Positions 7,211-16,893 of a DNA stretch of 50,427 bases are shown one piece after another. Made by a program: the position numbers and the translations under genes. Under the pieces are notes generated by a model. It searched no databases, had not been told where the DNA came from, and saw only the letters and a program-made list of their open reading frames with translations. The first letter of the stretch is position 1. Each line of letters opens with the position of its first letter. The stretch is from Candidatus Parcubacteria bacterium. Its GTDB lineage: Bacteria > Patescibacteriota > Minisyncoccia > UBA6257 > 2-01-FULL-56-20. The stretch covers positions 1-50,427 of the forward strand of contig QZIV01000020.1 in NCBI GenBank assembly GCA_003599135.1. The letters run 5' to 3'.

Positions 7211-7489
7211 TTATGCTATCGTAAAACCCTCAAATTTTTTTAGAGTCTCTCCAAGTTCGGTTCGGACGTCTCTAATCCTCGCGTACGGGTTCCCCTCCCT
7301 GCACGCGGCAACCAAATCCTCCAATTTCTCTTCTTCCCCTTCCGCCTCGAGATACACCGTTCCGTCCGTTTCATTCCGAACGAATCCGGTGAGCCCGAGT
7401 TCCCACGCTTTCTTTGCGACAAAAGATCGGAAACTCACTCCCTGAACTTCGCCGTAGACTCTTGCAACGAGCCGCTTCGCCGCTCCCAT
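7211..7489 (-). CDS. acyP: Acylphosphatase
   Basis: Start ATG 7489, 1 nt after the upstream stop. 'VARVYGEVQGVSFRSF' and 'GFVRNETDGTVYLEAEG' match the acylphosphatase signatures. Confidence 0.8.
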   Translation of the reverse strand: MGAAKRLVARVYGEVQGVSFRSFVAKKAWELGLTGFVRNETDGTVYLEAEGEEEKLEDLVAACREGNPYARIRDVRTELGETLKKFEGFTIA

Positions 7490-7490
7490 T

Positions 7491-8546
7491 TCACTTCTCT
7501 TCCTTGAGAAGCACCGGGTACATGTTAACCAGCGCAAAAAACAGACTCAAGACGAGCGGCCCAAAAAGGAACCCGAGCGGCCCGAAAAGCCTGATTCCTC
7601 CAAGGGCGCCTAAAAGAATCAAAAACGGATGCAGACTGATCCCCTTTGTGATGAGATACGGCCGGAGGAAGTTATCAATAAGTCCCACGATAAGAAGTCC
7701 CCATACGAGGAGCCCCAAAGCGGCGCCGAGTTCTCCTCCGAGGAGAAGATAGAGAACCGCCGGAACGGTAACGAGAGCCGTCCCGACATTCGGAACGAGC
7801 GCCGCTAAAACGCCTACCGATCCCCAGAGGGCGGGGCTGGGAATCCCGAAGACGAAAAAGCCCAAACCGACGAGGATCCCCTGAAGAAGCGCAACAACAA
7901 GCGTTCCTTTCATCACCGATCCGACTGCATGCGCAAGCTGCTCAAAAATCTTCTCGCCATAAGTGTTCCTGAGCGGAATAAGATGAATGACATCCTCTTT
8001 GAAGCGCGCGCCGTCTTTGAAAAAGTAATACAGGCCGAGAAGCCCCAGAAGGACGTTCAGCGTGATCCTCGCAACGCCCGAAAAGAGCGATCCGATATTT
8101 TCAACCACCCATCCGAGGAGTGCCTCTACGTGCTGCCGCGTATCGAAAGCCAAAAACGCTCCTCGAAGAGCCGGGAACGTGTCGAAAAACGGCTCAAAGA
8201 ACTTCTGCCGAACAAACGTGTCGGTGCTCGAAATAACCCCTCCCGGAGTCCCGCCCTCTGCGATCACAGCGTAAAGCGTCACGGCCTCCCGAAAGATCTG
8301 AAATCCAAAAAACGTAAGCGGCAGAAGCACGACCACCAAAACAACCATGAGAGAGAGGAGCGCCGCTAGTGCGGTGTGGCGCGGAAGTTTCTCCGCGAAG
8401 TATCGGTGGAGCGGTCTGAAGACTATCGCCACCATCGCAGAGATGACCACCGTCTGGAAGTACGGAGAAATAACGAGAACGACAAGGCCGAGAGCCAAAA
8501 GTAAAACAGTTATGAAAAACGAAACTTCGAATTTGTGCGTTTCCAT
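7491..8546 (-). CDS. AI-2E family (PerM/UPF0118) transporter
   Basis: 351 aa, ~8 TM. The C-terminal block 'ALVPNVGTALVTVPAVLYLL...LIDNFLRPYL' is typical of the family. Confidence 0.8.
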   Translation of the reverse strand: METHKFEVSFFITVLLLALGLVVLVISPYFQTVVISAMVAIVFRPLHRYFAEKLPRHTALAALLSLMVVLVVVLLPLTFFGFQIFREAVTLYAVIAEGGTPGGVISSTDTFVRQKFFEPFFDTFPALRGAFLAFDTRQHVEALLGWVVENIGSLFSGVARITLNVLLGLLGLYYFFKDGARFKEDVIHLIPLRNTYGEKIFEQLAHAVGSVMKGTLVVALLQGILVGLGFFVFGIPSPALWGSVGVLAALVPNVGTALVTVPAVLYLLLGGELGAALGLLVWGLLIVGLIDNFLRPYLITKGISLHPFLILLGALGGIRLFGPLGFLFGPLVLSLFFALVNMYPVLLKEEK

Positions 8547-8553
8547 ATCGGTA

Positions 8554-10191
8554 TCAACCCGTCTTGAGATGCTTCAACGCATACTCCATCGTAGCCCCGA
8601 TTTTCTTGCCGGGGTTGAAAATATTTCGAGGGTCAAAAATCTTTTTTATTTCTTCGAATAACGCGTATATTTTCTCGCCATACATGGTTTTGAGAAACGG
8701 TGACCGGATAAGGCCGTCATTGTGCTCCGCGGTAATCGAGCCGCCGAACTCGATAACGAGTTTGTACACTTCTTCCGCGAGCTTCGGGATAACGCTCCTC
8801 ACGCTCGGATCGCGCAGATTCATAAGCGGAATGATGTGGAAATTGCCGTCGCCGACGTGTCCAGCAATAGTATACACCATCTTGCTCTTATATTGATCGA
8901 GGATTGCGCTCAAGCGCGGAAGAAACTCCGGCAATTTGCCCGGTTCAACGATGATGTCGTCGATAAACGGAGCGGTCTGCTTTCCTTGAACCCGCCGGCG
9001 AAGGAGGTTAAAGCTTTCGCGGCGAATCGTCCAGTACTTCTCGGCCTCGGCCTCGCTTTTTGTAATCCGGACGTTCACCTTGTGCGCGCGGAGAGCCAGT
9101 CGGAGTTTTTCGAGTCGTCCGTTCACTTCTTTCTCGTCATCCCCCGTAAGCTCGACAAGCAATACGAGCTTCGGAAACCCGCCCTTCAAGACCATCCAGA
9201 ACTCAGGGAGGAACTTGAAGAGCAGCGATACGAATCCGCCCTTCAACACTTTCACGATATCCGGAAGGAATTTGAGCGCAAGCTTCAACGTCTTATCGTC
9301 ATACGACTCGAAGCTTTCCGGCTTGAAACCGAGCACTGTCGTTATGAGGAACGGCAATTCTTTTAGACTCCGGAGGAAAACAACCGCCAGCCGAGAATAC
9401 CGCTTTCTCTTGATGAGGCGGAACTTGATCTCCGTGATAAGCCCCAGCGTTCCCTGCGAACCGACAAACAACTTCGTAAGATCGAACGTATTCCTGTCCC
9501 ACACGTTCCAAAGGAAGTATCCTGCGGAGTTTTTGGAAACTTTCGGCTTTGCGGCCTGGATCGCGTCGTAGTTGTCTTCAAGAAGTTTGTATACCCGCCG
9601 ATAGACTTCGCCTTCAAACGTATTGAGTTTCATTTTTCGGTCGAGATCCGCTTTTGAAAGAGGTTCAAGCGTATACTCTTCGCCGTCGCTTAGCACTACC
9701 TTCAATTCATCCACGTACTTCTCGGTTTTCCCGTAGGCCAGAGTTTTCTCTCCGCCGGCGTTATTCGCAACAATGCCTCCCATCGCGCAGAGATGCTTCG
9801 AGGCTGGATAGGACGGCAAAAACACTCCCCGCTTTTCTGCCTCAACTTCGAAATCGCGGTAATAGAGCCCGGGTTCCACGATCGCGTAGCCGTCCTCCAT
9901 CTTTTTAATGCGGTTGATATAACGGTCGAATTCAACGACGATTGATTCCCCTAACGGTCCGCCGCTCATATCGCTCCCGCCGGCTCTGGCCGTAATAGAA
10001 AGGTTCTTTCCGGCGTCGCGCTCTACATTTACAAACTCAACGAGGTTTTTCAGGTCTTCAGCGCCTTTCGGAAACGCAACGACCGCTGGCCGAACCTTAA
10101 AAAGCGAGGTGTCGACGCTGTATTTCTCGAGCGTCGCCTCGTCTGTTGCCACATCACCGCGGAAAAAACGTTTAATATCGTCTTGGAGCAC
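8554..10191 (-). CDS. FAD-linked oxidase/dehydrogenase (GlcD/DLD-like)
   Basis: 545 aa. FAD_binding_4-like 'ITARAGGSDMSGGPL' and C-terminal 'GHVGDGNFH'. The start codon is GTG, with TATAAT (comp. 10203-10198) 6 nt upstream. Confidence 0.85.
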   Translation of the reverse strand: MLQDDIKRFFRGDVATDEATLEKYSVDTSLFKVRPAVVAFPKGAEDLKNLVEFVNVERDAGKNLSITARAGGSDMSGGPLGESIVVEFDRYINRIKKMEDGYAIVEPGLYYRDFEVEAEKRGVFLPSYPASKHLCAMGGIVANNAGGEKTLAYGKTEKYVDELKVVLSDGEEYTLEPLSKADLDRKMKLNTFEGEVYRRVYKLLEDNYDAIQAAKPKVSKNSAGYFLWNVWDRNTFDLTKLFVGSQGTLGLITEIKFRLIKRKRYSRLAVVFLRSLKELPFLITTVLGFKPESFESYDDKTLKLALKFLPDIVKVLKGGFVSLLFKFLPEFWMVLKGGFPKLVLLVELTGDDEKEVNGRLEKLRLALRAHKVNVRITKSEAEAEKYWTIRRESFNLLRRRVQGKQTAPFIDDIIVEPGKLPEFLPRLSAILDQYKSKMVYTIAGHVGDGNFHIIPLMNLRDPSVRSVIPKLAEEVYKLVIEFGGSITAEHNDGLIRSPFLKTMYGEKIYALFEEIKKIFDPRNIFNPGKKIGATMEYALKHLKTG

Positions 10192-10229
10192 GAGGGTATT
10201 ATAACCCGAAAATACTTAACTGACCCACC

Positions 10230-10270
10230 TGCCCGTCCGACTCGCTCGCCATAGCTTCAGCGACGGCGAG
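10230..10270. repeat. Copy A of short GC-rich repeat (core TAGCTTCAGCG), intergenic
   Basis: TGCCCGTCCGactcgctcgCCATAGCTTCAGCGACGGCGAG. It is homologous to 1144-1174 and can form an imperfect hairpin (CTCGC..CGCC / GGCG..GAG). Confidence 0.5.
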
Positions 10271-10301
10271 AGTTTTAACGAAGGAGAGTCTCGGTTAAGG
10301 C

Positions 10302-10772
10302 TTATATCGGTTTCGAAACGACATACGCCAACACGTCAAATGCTGGATCGAAAAACTCGATCATTTCATACGCAGGTCTTTCGATGAGACGGAGGTTGTT
10401 AGGATGACTGGAAAGATACTGCCTCTTGAAAGATTCGTAATCGGTTTCAAAGTCGCTGCAGCCGACTTGTGACCGCTCAGGATCGGGTTTACGGATGCGG
10501 AGATGAGTAATGTGATCTTTTCCAATCGTGATCGGCTCATGCAACGTAACGCGCGGGCCGTTGTTTTCATTATAAAACTTGCCTAATTTATCTTGTATTT
10601 CCACAAGGTTTTCGTACTCGTCTTGAGAATGTGCGAATATTGTGAGATGAGTGATCGGAAAAGATTTTCCGACGATCTTTTCTGAGAGCGTAGAGGTTTT
10701 TTCGACGACATATCGAACAGCTTCGATTAATTTTTCTTTGCTCTCTATTGGGCTAAAACGATAGATTGGCAT
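10302..10772 (-). CDS. Hypothetical protein
   Basis: 156 aa from ATG 10772 (the ORF-track first codon is TTG). Soluble, with no motif I recognise. Confidence 0.55.
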   Translation of the reverse strand: MPIYRFSPIESKEKLIEAVRYVVEKTSTLSEKIVGKSFPITHLTIFAHSQDEYENLVEIQDKLGKFYNENNGPRVTLHEPITIGKDHITHLRIRKPDPERSQVGCSDFETDYESFKRQYLSSHPNNLRLIERPAYEMIEFFDPAFDVLAYVVSKPI

Positions 10773-10799
10773 CAATTTATTGACCCATCTCGGTCGGAG

Positions 10800-11171
10800 T
10801 TATTTCTTTATCGGTGAATAGAAAACCAACTTGTACCCATCTGGATCTTTGACTACAAACTCCCGCTTGCCCCACGGCCAGTCGCGCGGTTCGCTTGAGG
10901 CATGGACACCTTTCTGTTTCAACGACTGGAAATATATATCCACGTCTTCCACTTCGACGTACACGAAGAATCCTAACCCTTTCGGCTCGGCGTTCGCTTC
11001 TTTTTGAATGGGTGTCTTGTCCTTGTCAACGAATGCGAGAGTGAAATCACCTAACTTTATCCTGACTACCTCTTCTAATTTTTCTGGGGTAAATCCGAGC
11101 TGCTCATAAAACCGAGCAGTTTTTTCAAGATCACTCGCGTAGAATAAGTTGGAGTTAAATCTTTTAATCAT
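10800..11171 (-). CDS. VOC-family (glyoxalase/bleomycin-resistance fold) protein
   Basis: 123 aa with 'ARFYEQLGF' and 'WGKREFVVKDPDGYKLVFY'. ATGA overlap with the tsaC stop. Confidence 0.8.
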   Translation of the reverse strand: MIKRFNSNLFYASDLEKTARFYEQLGFTPEKLEEVVRIKLGDFTLAFVDKDKTPIQKEANAEPKGLGFFVYVEVEDVDIYFQSLKQKGVHASSEPRDWPWGKREFVVKDPDGYKLVFYSPIKK

Positions 11172-11782
11172 TTCATCTTATTTCCTAGGTACCCCGCTCC
11201 TTTTCGCAAAACCTTCACACGCTTGTCGTGGATAATCACAAGCGTCGAGGGCAACGACTTTAGTTTCCCTCCGTCTATATAAAAGTCAACTTTATTTTTA
11301 AAATACCTCTTTGCTTCCCGAACGGTCTTTGCCGGCAATTTCCCTTCCCAGTTTGCGCTTGGGGTGACAAGCGGACCGACTTTTTTGAGTAAATTTTGAA
11401 GTAAGTGAGGTTTTGGCATGCGAAATGCCAACGTGTTCGTTCCACGATGAAGATACCTCAAACTCATAACTTTAGATTTTTGACTTCTGACAAGCGACAA
11501 AATAACACTCACCTTCCCAGGCCAGATCTTCCGAAGAATTCTTCTCGTTATCGAATCAACTTTCGCTCCGAACAGTTTTAGATCCGCGACCGATGAGATT
11601 AATACAATCATCGGCTTCTTCGGATTCCGTTTCCGCAACTTATATATCCGCCGAACCGTGGCCGGCTGGAGCGCAGACCCTACAATGCCGTAGATGGTAT
11701 CGGTTGGAATAACGGCGACGCCGCCCCGTTTCAGTGTTTCTATAACTTCTCTCGAAAAACTTCGATACGCAAGAATCCTCAT
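11168..11782 (-). CDS. tsaC: L-threonylcarbamoyladenylate synthase (YrdC/Sua5 domain)
   Basis: 204 aa with 'GGVAVIPTDTIYGIVGSA'. Its start abuts the uvrC stop. Confidence 0.85.
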   Translation of the reverse strand: MRILAYRSFSREVIETLKRGGVAVIPTDTIYGIVGSALQPATVRRIYKLRKRNPKKPMIVLISSVADLKLFGAKVDSITRRILRKIWPGKVSVILSLVRSQKSKVMSLRYLHRGTNTLAFRMPKPHLLQNLLKKVGPLVTPSANWEGKLPAKTVREAKRYFKNKVDFYIDGGKLKSLPSTLVIIHDKRVKVLRKGAGYLGNKMK

Positions 11783-12985
11783 TTACATTCCCACTATAGC
11801 ACTCCGCAGGCGCCTGTGATAACTCTGCGCGAAGCGGTGCGCCTCGTCGCGAACTCGGACGAGCGTTTTCTTCGCGACTCCTTTCGGAATTATTCCGATA
11901 ATATCATTCCGCTTTCTCTCCGGCCCCTTCGCGATGCCGACAATAGGGATCTGCAAGCCGAATTCCGCGAGAACCTGTTTTGCTGCATGTATCTGTCCCC
12001 TTCCACCGTCAACGAGAACCAGATGCGGTAATGGCCACGGATTCCCGAAGCGCCTCCGAAGAATCTCTTTCATCATGCCGACGTCGTTCGGATGGCTGAA
12101 GCTCCTGATTTTAAATTTCCGGTACTCGTCTTTCGCGGGCCGATCTCCCTCAAACACAACCATAGAGCCCACGGCCGCCGTGCCGGAGATGTCGGATATA
12201 TCGTACCCCTCGATCCGCCGCGCCGGCCCGCGCCCCATCTCCGCAACCTCCGGCTCCGTAAGGAAAGCAACATCTCGGATGTGCTGGAGGCCGAAAAGCT
12301 GGCGTTTTAATTTCTCTGCCCGCTCGTACTCGAGGCGACGGCTCGCTTTCTGCATCTCGCGGGAAAGGAACCTCATGACCTTGTCTTTCTTGCCCTCAAG
12401 GAACAGCGTGAGGTTTTTGATATTCGCTCGATAATCTTTTTCGCTCGCATCCCCCACGCACGTCCCCGGACAAAGGTCTATCTCGCATTCAAGGCACGGA
12501 CGGGAAAACGTTCCAATCGACTCGATCGAGTGCGTACTCCAGGGAAAGATGCGGCGCAAAATTCTTAAAGCTTCACGAATACTCGAAGCCGAAGTAAACG
12601 GCCCAAACCTTTTCCCCTCTGCCGCGTTTTTTCCCCGCACCAAGAGAACGCGCGGAAACTTCTCTTTCGTGATCTCGACGTAGAGAAAACTCTTATCGTC
12701 TTTTTCTTTGACGTTGAACGGAGGGTTATGTTTTTTAATAAGCTCCGCCTCGAGAATGAGCGCTTCCAACGCGGTGTCTGTTTTCAGATACTCGATGCGC
12801 CTCACTCCCTGAACCAACTTTTCGATCCGCGCATCCTGCGCCCGGGCGAAATAGCTCTCCACCCGGCGCCGTAAATTCCCCGCCTTCCCGACGTAGAGAA
12901 TTTTCCCGCGAGCGTCCCGCATCAAATACACGCCGGGAGTTTCCGGCAGTTTCCGTCCCTGAATTTTGACGATTTTTGGAATCAT
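11783..12985 (-). CDS. uvrC: Excinuclease ABC subunit C, short form (~400 aa)
   Basis: GIY-YIG 'GVYLMRDARGKILYVGKAGNLRRRVESYF'. Cys-rich 'RPCLECEIDLCPGTC'. UVR-like 'LEYERAEKLKRQLFGLQHI'. Endonuclease block 'YDISDISG...LVLVDGGRGQ...VRDEAHRFA'. I chose start ATG 12985 (MIPKIVKIQ...). Confidence 0.85.
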   Translation of the reverse strand: MIPKIVKIQGRKLPETPGVYLMRDARGKILYVGKAGNLRRRVESYFARAQDARIEKLVQGVRRIEYLKTDTALEALILEAELIKKHNPPFNVKEKDDKSFLYVEITKEKFPRVLLVRGKNAAEGKRFGPFTSASSIREALRILRRIFPWSTHSIESIGTFSRPCLECEIDLCPGTCVGDASEKDYRANIKNLTLFLEGKKDKVMRFLSREMQKASRRLEYERAEKLKRQLFGLQHIRDVAFLTEPEVAEMGRGPARRIEGYDISDISGTAAVGSMVVFEGDRPAKDEYRKFKIRSFSHPNDVGMMKEILRRRFGNPWPLPHLVLVDGGRGQIHAAKQVLAEFGLQIPIVGIAKGPERKRNDIIGIIPKGVAKKTLVRVRDEAHRFAQSYHRRLRSAIVGM

Positions 12986-12994
12986 CGCGCTACA

Positions 12995-13075
12995 CCCAGT
13001 AGTATAACCCCGATAATACTCTCGGAGTCGCCGCTTTATGTAATAGAAGCGCGCCGTCGAGGTTATACTACTGGG
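12995..13075. repeat. Perfect 15-bp inverted repeat CCCAGTAGTATAACC / GGTTATACTACTGGG with 51-nt spacer, just upstream of uvrC
   Basis: Arms at 12995-13009 and 13061-13075, read directly from the sequence. The spacer contains a TATTAT -10-like box on the minus strand. Confidence 0.9.
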
Positions 13076-13096
13076 CATACCTTATCACAAAAGAAA

Positions 13097-13122
13097 GAGG
13101 GCCCACACGATGGCGGACCCTC
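13097..13122 (-). terminator. Terminator-like hairpin downstream of ORF 13144-13536
   Basis: GAGGGCC...GGACCCTC stem with one mismatch, followed on the minus strand by TTTCTTTTGTGAT. Confidence 0.45.
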
Positions 13123-13143
13123 ACAAAAACGATGGGAAGCAAG

Positions 13144-13536
13144 TTAGTCGGGAAGTTTGAGCTCTTTGACGAATGTCATGAGCGTTTCGCCCTTAATGCC
13201 AGGAGGAACCGCGAATATCTTGTTACGATTCATCCTGATACCGGGAACGTTCATGATGTCGAATTGCTCAAGGTTAGCGTGAAAGTGGCCATCTCCGCCT
13301 GTTTCGATAGGTGGATTTCCCCACCGGGTGAGAGCTTTCATCTTGATACCGCGGAACGATTCTCCCTTGCCTTTCCGCTTTGCAGTCATGAGCTCCGGAC
13401 AAGTCCGGGCCTCACAGAAGGCAAAGGAGATTCCTCCGTTGCCATCAGGCGGAACAAGACAAAGAAGGTAGCGTCTACCCGCGGCCATTTCTTCCAACTT
13501 CCTTACGGGTGTAAGAGCAAGGCCATTGCTCGGCAT
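13144..13536 (-). CDS. Hypothetical protein (ORFan between uvrC and uvrA)
   Basis: 130 aa with a GGAGG SD 7 nt upstream of the ATG (comp. 13536). Same strand as its neighbours. I preferred it over the overlapping plus-strand 149-aa ORF. Confidence 0.55.
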   Translation of the reverse strand: MPSNGLALTPVRKLEEMAAGRRYLLCLVPPDGNGGISFAFCEARTCPELMTAKRKGKGESFRGIKMKALTRWGNPPIETGGDGHFHANLEQFDIMNVPGIRMNRNKIFAVPPGIKGETLMTFVKELKLPD

Positions 13537-13620
13537 CCGGCTGCCTCCGAGGTGGAATTGAGGTCCTGTCCAAAAGCATAGCCGATGGCACTAGTTCGTC
13601 AATCCACTAGTTTCTTCGCG

Positions 13621-16143
13621 TCATTTCTGTACAAACACTTTCCTCAAATATTCCCCCGTCGCGCTCCCGGCTTTCCGAGCTATGGTTTCGGGCGTCCCCG
13701 CCGCAACGATCTCTCCGCCCTTCTCGCCACCCTCGGGGCCAAGATCGATCACCCAGTCTGCCGTTTTTATAACATCAAGATTGTGCTCGATAACGACAAC
13801 GGTATTCCCCCGGTCGACTAATCGCTGAAGAACCTTGAGCAGTTGATCGATGTCCGCAAAGTGCAGACCTGTCGTCGGTTCGTCCAAAAGATAGATCGTC
13901 TTCCTCGTATCACGCTTGCCGAGTTCCGCCGAGAGCTTGATCCGTTGGGCTTCCCCGCCGGATAAGGTTGTCGCCGACTGCCCAAGCCGCAGATAGCCGA
14001 GCCCGACCTCTTCCAGGATTTTCAAACGATCGTAAAGCCAGGGAATGTCTTCGAAGAATTTCACAGCCTCCTCGATCGTCATCTGAAGGACGTCGTAGAT
14101 GTTCTTGCCCTTGTACTCAACCTCGAGTGTTTCCCGGTCGAACCGCTTCCCCTTGCAGATATCGCACTGCACATAGACGGTCGGCAGGAAATGCATTTCG
14201 ATTGCGATGAGCCCGTGGCCTTCGCAGTTTTCGCACCGCCCGCCCTTCACGTTGAAGCTGAATCGGCCGGGCTTGTATCCGCGGACGCGGGCGTCCTCCG
14301 TCGCCGTAAAAAGATCGCGGATGAAGGTCCACGCGCCGACGTACGTTGCGGGGTTTGACCGCGGCGTCCTCCCGATCGGAGACTGGTCGATGTTGATAAC
14401 GCGGTTCACGTACTCAAGCCCGAGAATCTGTTTGTGGGTTCCCGCTTTGTAGGCCGCTCCGTTGAACTTATTCGCGAGCGTTTTGTAGAGCACATCATAG
14501 ATGAGCGTACTCTTTCCAGAACCGGAAACACCCGTCACGGCCGTAAGCCGCTGGAGGGGAATATCGACGTCCACCGTTTTCAGGTTATTCTCGGTCGCGC
14601 CCTTCACCTTCAAAAGCGGCGTGTGCTTGGAAACCGCGCGCCGCTTTTCCGGAACTTCGATGAAGCGCTTGCCTCGGAGATATTCGAGCGTAAGTGACTT
14701 CTGTTTTACATCTTTCGCGATGCCCGGCATTGCTCCCTGGGCAACGATTTCCCCGCCATGAACCCCGGCGCCCGGGCCGATGTCGACGAGATAGTCCCCT
14801 GAACGGATGGTTTCTTCATCGTGCTCGACGACGATGATGGTGTTCCCAAGATCTCGGAGATCGTGGAGAGTTTTGATGAGTTTCGCGTTGTCCCTCTGGT
14901 GGAGTCCGATGGTTGGCTCGTCGAGAATATAGAGAGTTCCCACAAGACGCGACCCGATCTGCGAGGCAAGGCGGATGCGCTGGGCCTCTCCGCCAGAGAG
15001 CGTTCCCGCCTTCCGGTCGAGCGTCAGATATTCGAGACCGACGTCCATCATGAACTTGAGGCGACTTTTGATTTCGCGGAGCGGCGCTTCCCCCACCTCT
15101 TCGAGACTGCGGTTTTTAAACTTAAGACCCTCGAAAAACTTGTAGGCCCGTTCAACGGAGAACGCGGTTACGGCGGTGATATTCTTATCCGCAACAAGGA
15201 CGCTCAAACTTTCTTCGCGGAGCCGCTTGCCGTGGCACGACGGACACATCACTTCAGACCACAAGTCCTCGGTCCCCAAGCCGTGGCACTCGGGGCAAGC
15301 GCCATAGGGACTGTTGAAAGAGAAGAGGCGCGGTTCGATCTCCGGAAACGAGAAACCGTCGTGCGGGCACGTGAATTTCGCGGAGAGAGATATTTCTTTG
15401 TCGGTGATAACTGTAACAACATCGTTGCCGTATTTCAGAGCCGACTCAACCGCTTCGGCAAGTCGAAGCCGGTTATCTTTTTCTTTAAAACTGATATCTG
15501 CCGGAATCCGATCTACTACGAGATCAATCGAGTGCTGTTTATAGCGACTCAATTCCACGCGCTCGCGGAGTGAGTGGAATTTTCCGTCAATGCGCACTTC
15601 CGAGAACCCGGCGTTCAAAAAATCGTAGAGCATTTGGTAATACTCTCCCTTCCTGCCCCGCACGACCGGAGCCAAGATCACGATGTTTTTGCCCGAGGTC
15701 CCGCTCTTCGAGATTTCCACGACGACATCAACAATCTCTTCGTTCGTCATTTTCTCGATCGCCCGACCGCACCGGGGACAGTGCGGCTTCCCGGCGCGGG
15801 CAAAAAGCACGCGGAGATAATCGTAAATCTCGGTTATCGTAGCCACCGTCGAGCGTGGGTTGTGTGAATGGCTTTTCTGGTCAATAGAAATCGCAGGCGA
15901 AAGCCCCTCGATTTCGTCCACATCCGGCTTATCAAGACGGCCCAGAAACTGACGTGCGTAGGCAGATAAAGACTCGATATACCGCCTCTGGCCTTCGGCG
16001 AAAATCGTATCGAAGGCCAAACTCGATTTTCCAGACCCAGAAAGACCTGTGAACACGATCATCTTATCCCGCGGCAATTCCAGCGTAATGTTCTTGAGAT
16101 TATGCTCCCGGGCCCCTTTAACGATGATTTTATCTTTCGCCAT
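13621..16143 (-). CDS. uvrA: Excinuclease ABC subunit A (840 aa, lacks insertion domain)
   Basis: Two ABC modules ('GLSGSGKSS', 'GVSGSGKST', two 'LSGGEAQR' signatures). Zn modules 'CPRC', 'CPEC..CPSC' and '[12 protein letters not shown]'. Confidence 0.95.
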   Translation of the reverse strand: MAKDKIIVKGAREHNLKNITLELPRDKMIVFTGLSGSGKSSLAFDTIFAEGQRRYIESLSAYARQFLGRLDKPDVDEIEGLSPAISIDQKSHSHNPRSTVATITEIYDYLRVLFARAGKPHCPRCGRAIEKMTNEEIVDVVVEISKSGTSGKNIVILAPVVRGRKGEYYQMLYDFLNAGFSEVRIDGKFHSLRERVELSRYKQHSIDLVVDRIPADISFKEKDNRLRLAEAVESALKYGNDVVTVITDKEISLSAKFTCPHDGFSFPEIEPRLFSFNSPYGACPECHGLGTEDLWSEVMCPSCHGKRLREESLSVLVADKNITAVTAFSVERAYKFFEGLKFKNRSLEEVGEAPLREIKSRLKFMMDVGLEYLTLDRKAGTLSGGEAQRIRLASQIGSRLVGTLYILDEPTIGLHQRDNAKLIKTLHDLRDLGNTIIVVEHDEETIRSGDYLVDIGPGAGVHGGEIVAQGAMPGIAKDVKQKSLTLEYLRGKRFIEVPEKRRAVSKHTPLLKVKGATENNLKTVDVDIPLQRLTAVTGVSGSGKSTLIYDVLYKTLANKFNGAAYKAGTHKQILGLEYVNRVINIDQSPIGRTPRSNPATYVGAWTFIRDLFTATEDARVRGYKPGRFSFNVKGGRCENCEGHGLIAIEMHFLPTVYVQCDICKGKRFDRETLEVEYKGKNIYDVLQMTIEEAVKFFEDIPWLYDRLKILEEVGLGYLRLGQSATTLSGGEAQRIKLSAELGKRDTRKTIYLLDEPTTGLHFADIDQLLKVLQRLVDRGNTVVVIEHNLDVIKTADWVIDLGPEGGEKGGEIVAAGTPETIARKAGSATGEYLRKVFVQK

Positions 16144-16295
16144 CCTTTCTTTAATGAGTCTGCGAATTTACAAAAATGAGCGCCTCGCCAAAGTCCTACG
16201 AAGGCGCGGGCATAACATAAACCGCCCCCGCATTCGGTTCGTATGGGGGTGGTATCCAAAGTGTAATCCGAAAAAGACTTGCGTCAACTCATTTC

Positions 16296-16324
16296 TTGAC
16301 AAAAGCTAGAAAGAATGATATTAT
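16296..16324 (+). promoter_or_regulatory. Near-consensus sigma70 promoter for the plus-strand island
   Basis: TTGACA (16296-16301), 17 nt, TATTAT (16319-16324). Confidence 0.5.
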
Positions 16325-16394
16325 TTTACCTAGAAGCTCGTCCACTCTGGGTGGAGAGCCAAGGATTGAAAATCGACTTTTTTGAGGTGATTCA

Positions 16395-16889
16395 ATGCAA
16401 AATCAGCTCGTGGGAAATCGGTTTGACAATTGGGTTTCAAGGCACCCCGGGATAGTTGTCTTGATTCTCGTCCTGACGATGGGGCTCCTGATGAACGGGT
16501 GCCCGGAGATAGCGTCGGCGCAGAACGGCTCCGATGCCGCATTGATCACGGGCATCGAAACGCGCGGCGAGCCGTTCCTCGCGAAGATCGTGGGCGAACC
16601 GATGAAGGTCGGGCGCTTTGGCGATTACGCCGTCTTCGAGGTGAATTTGATACGCTGCATCGACCGCGACTGCACGACACCACTCAAGGCGTTCACGCAT
16701 CTTCGCCGTGGAGAAAGCCTGAAAAGCGGCGACGAGGTCGTAGTCTGGAAGTTCGCGAAACCGACGAGGAACGGTACCGAGGAAGAAGGCCTCGTCGCAC
16801 TCAAAGTGAACACCGAGACAGCGAGGGACCTCATCATGACCATTCGCAACAAACGGGGGTCGATTGCTCCCGCGAAACCGAAAGGATGA
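16395..16889 (+). CDS. Hypothetical exported/anchored protein (ORFan)
   Basis: 164 aa with SD GAGGTGA 4-5 nt upstream. N-terminal hydrophobic helix ending 'LLMNGC' (weak lipobox-like). No family recognised. Confidence 0.55.
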   Translation: MQNQLVGNRFDNWVSRHPGIVVLILVLTMGLLMNGCPEIASAQNGSDAALITGIETRGEPFLAKIVGEPMKVGRFGDYAVFEVNLIRCIDRDCTTPLKAFTHLRRGESLKSGDEVVVWKFAKPTRNGTEEEGLVALKVNTETARDLIMTIRNKRGSIAPAKPKG

Positions 16890-16893
16890 TGCC

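Noticed and set aside
13132-13581. 149-aa plus-strand ORF overlapping the 130-aa minus-strand ORF.
   Set aside because: The minus-strand ORF has GGAGG 7 nt upstream of its ATG and a downstream hairpin/T-run, and it shares the strand of the neighbouring genes. The plus ORF has none of these. Confidence in either is still only moderate.
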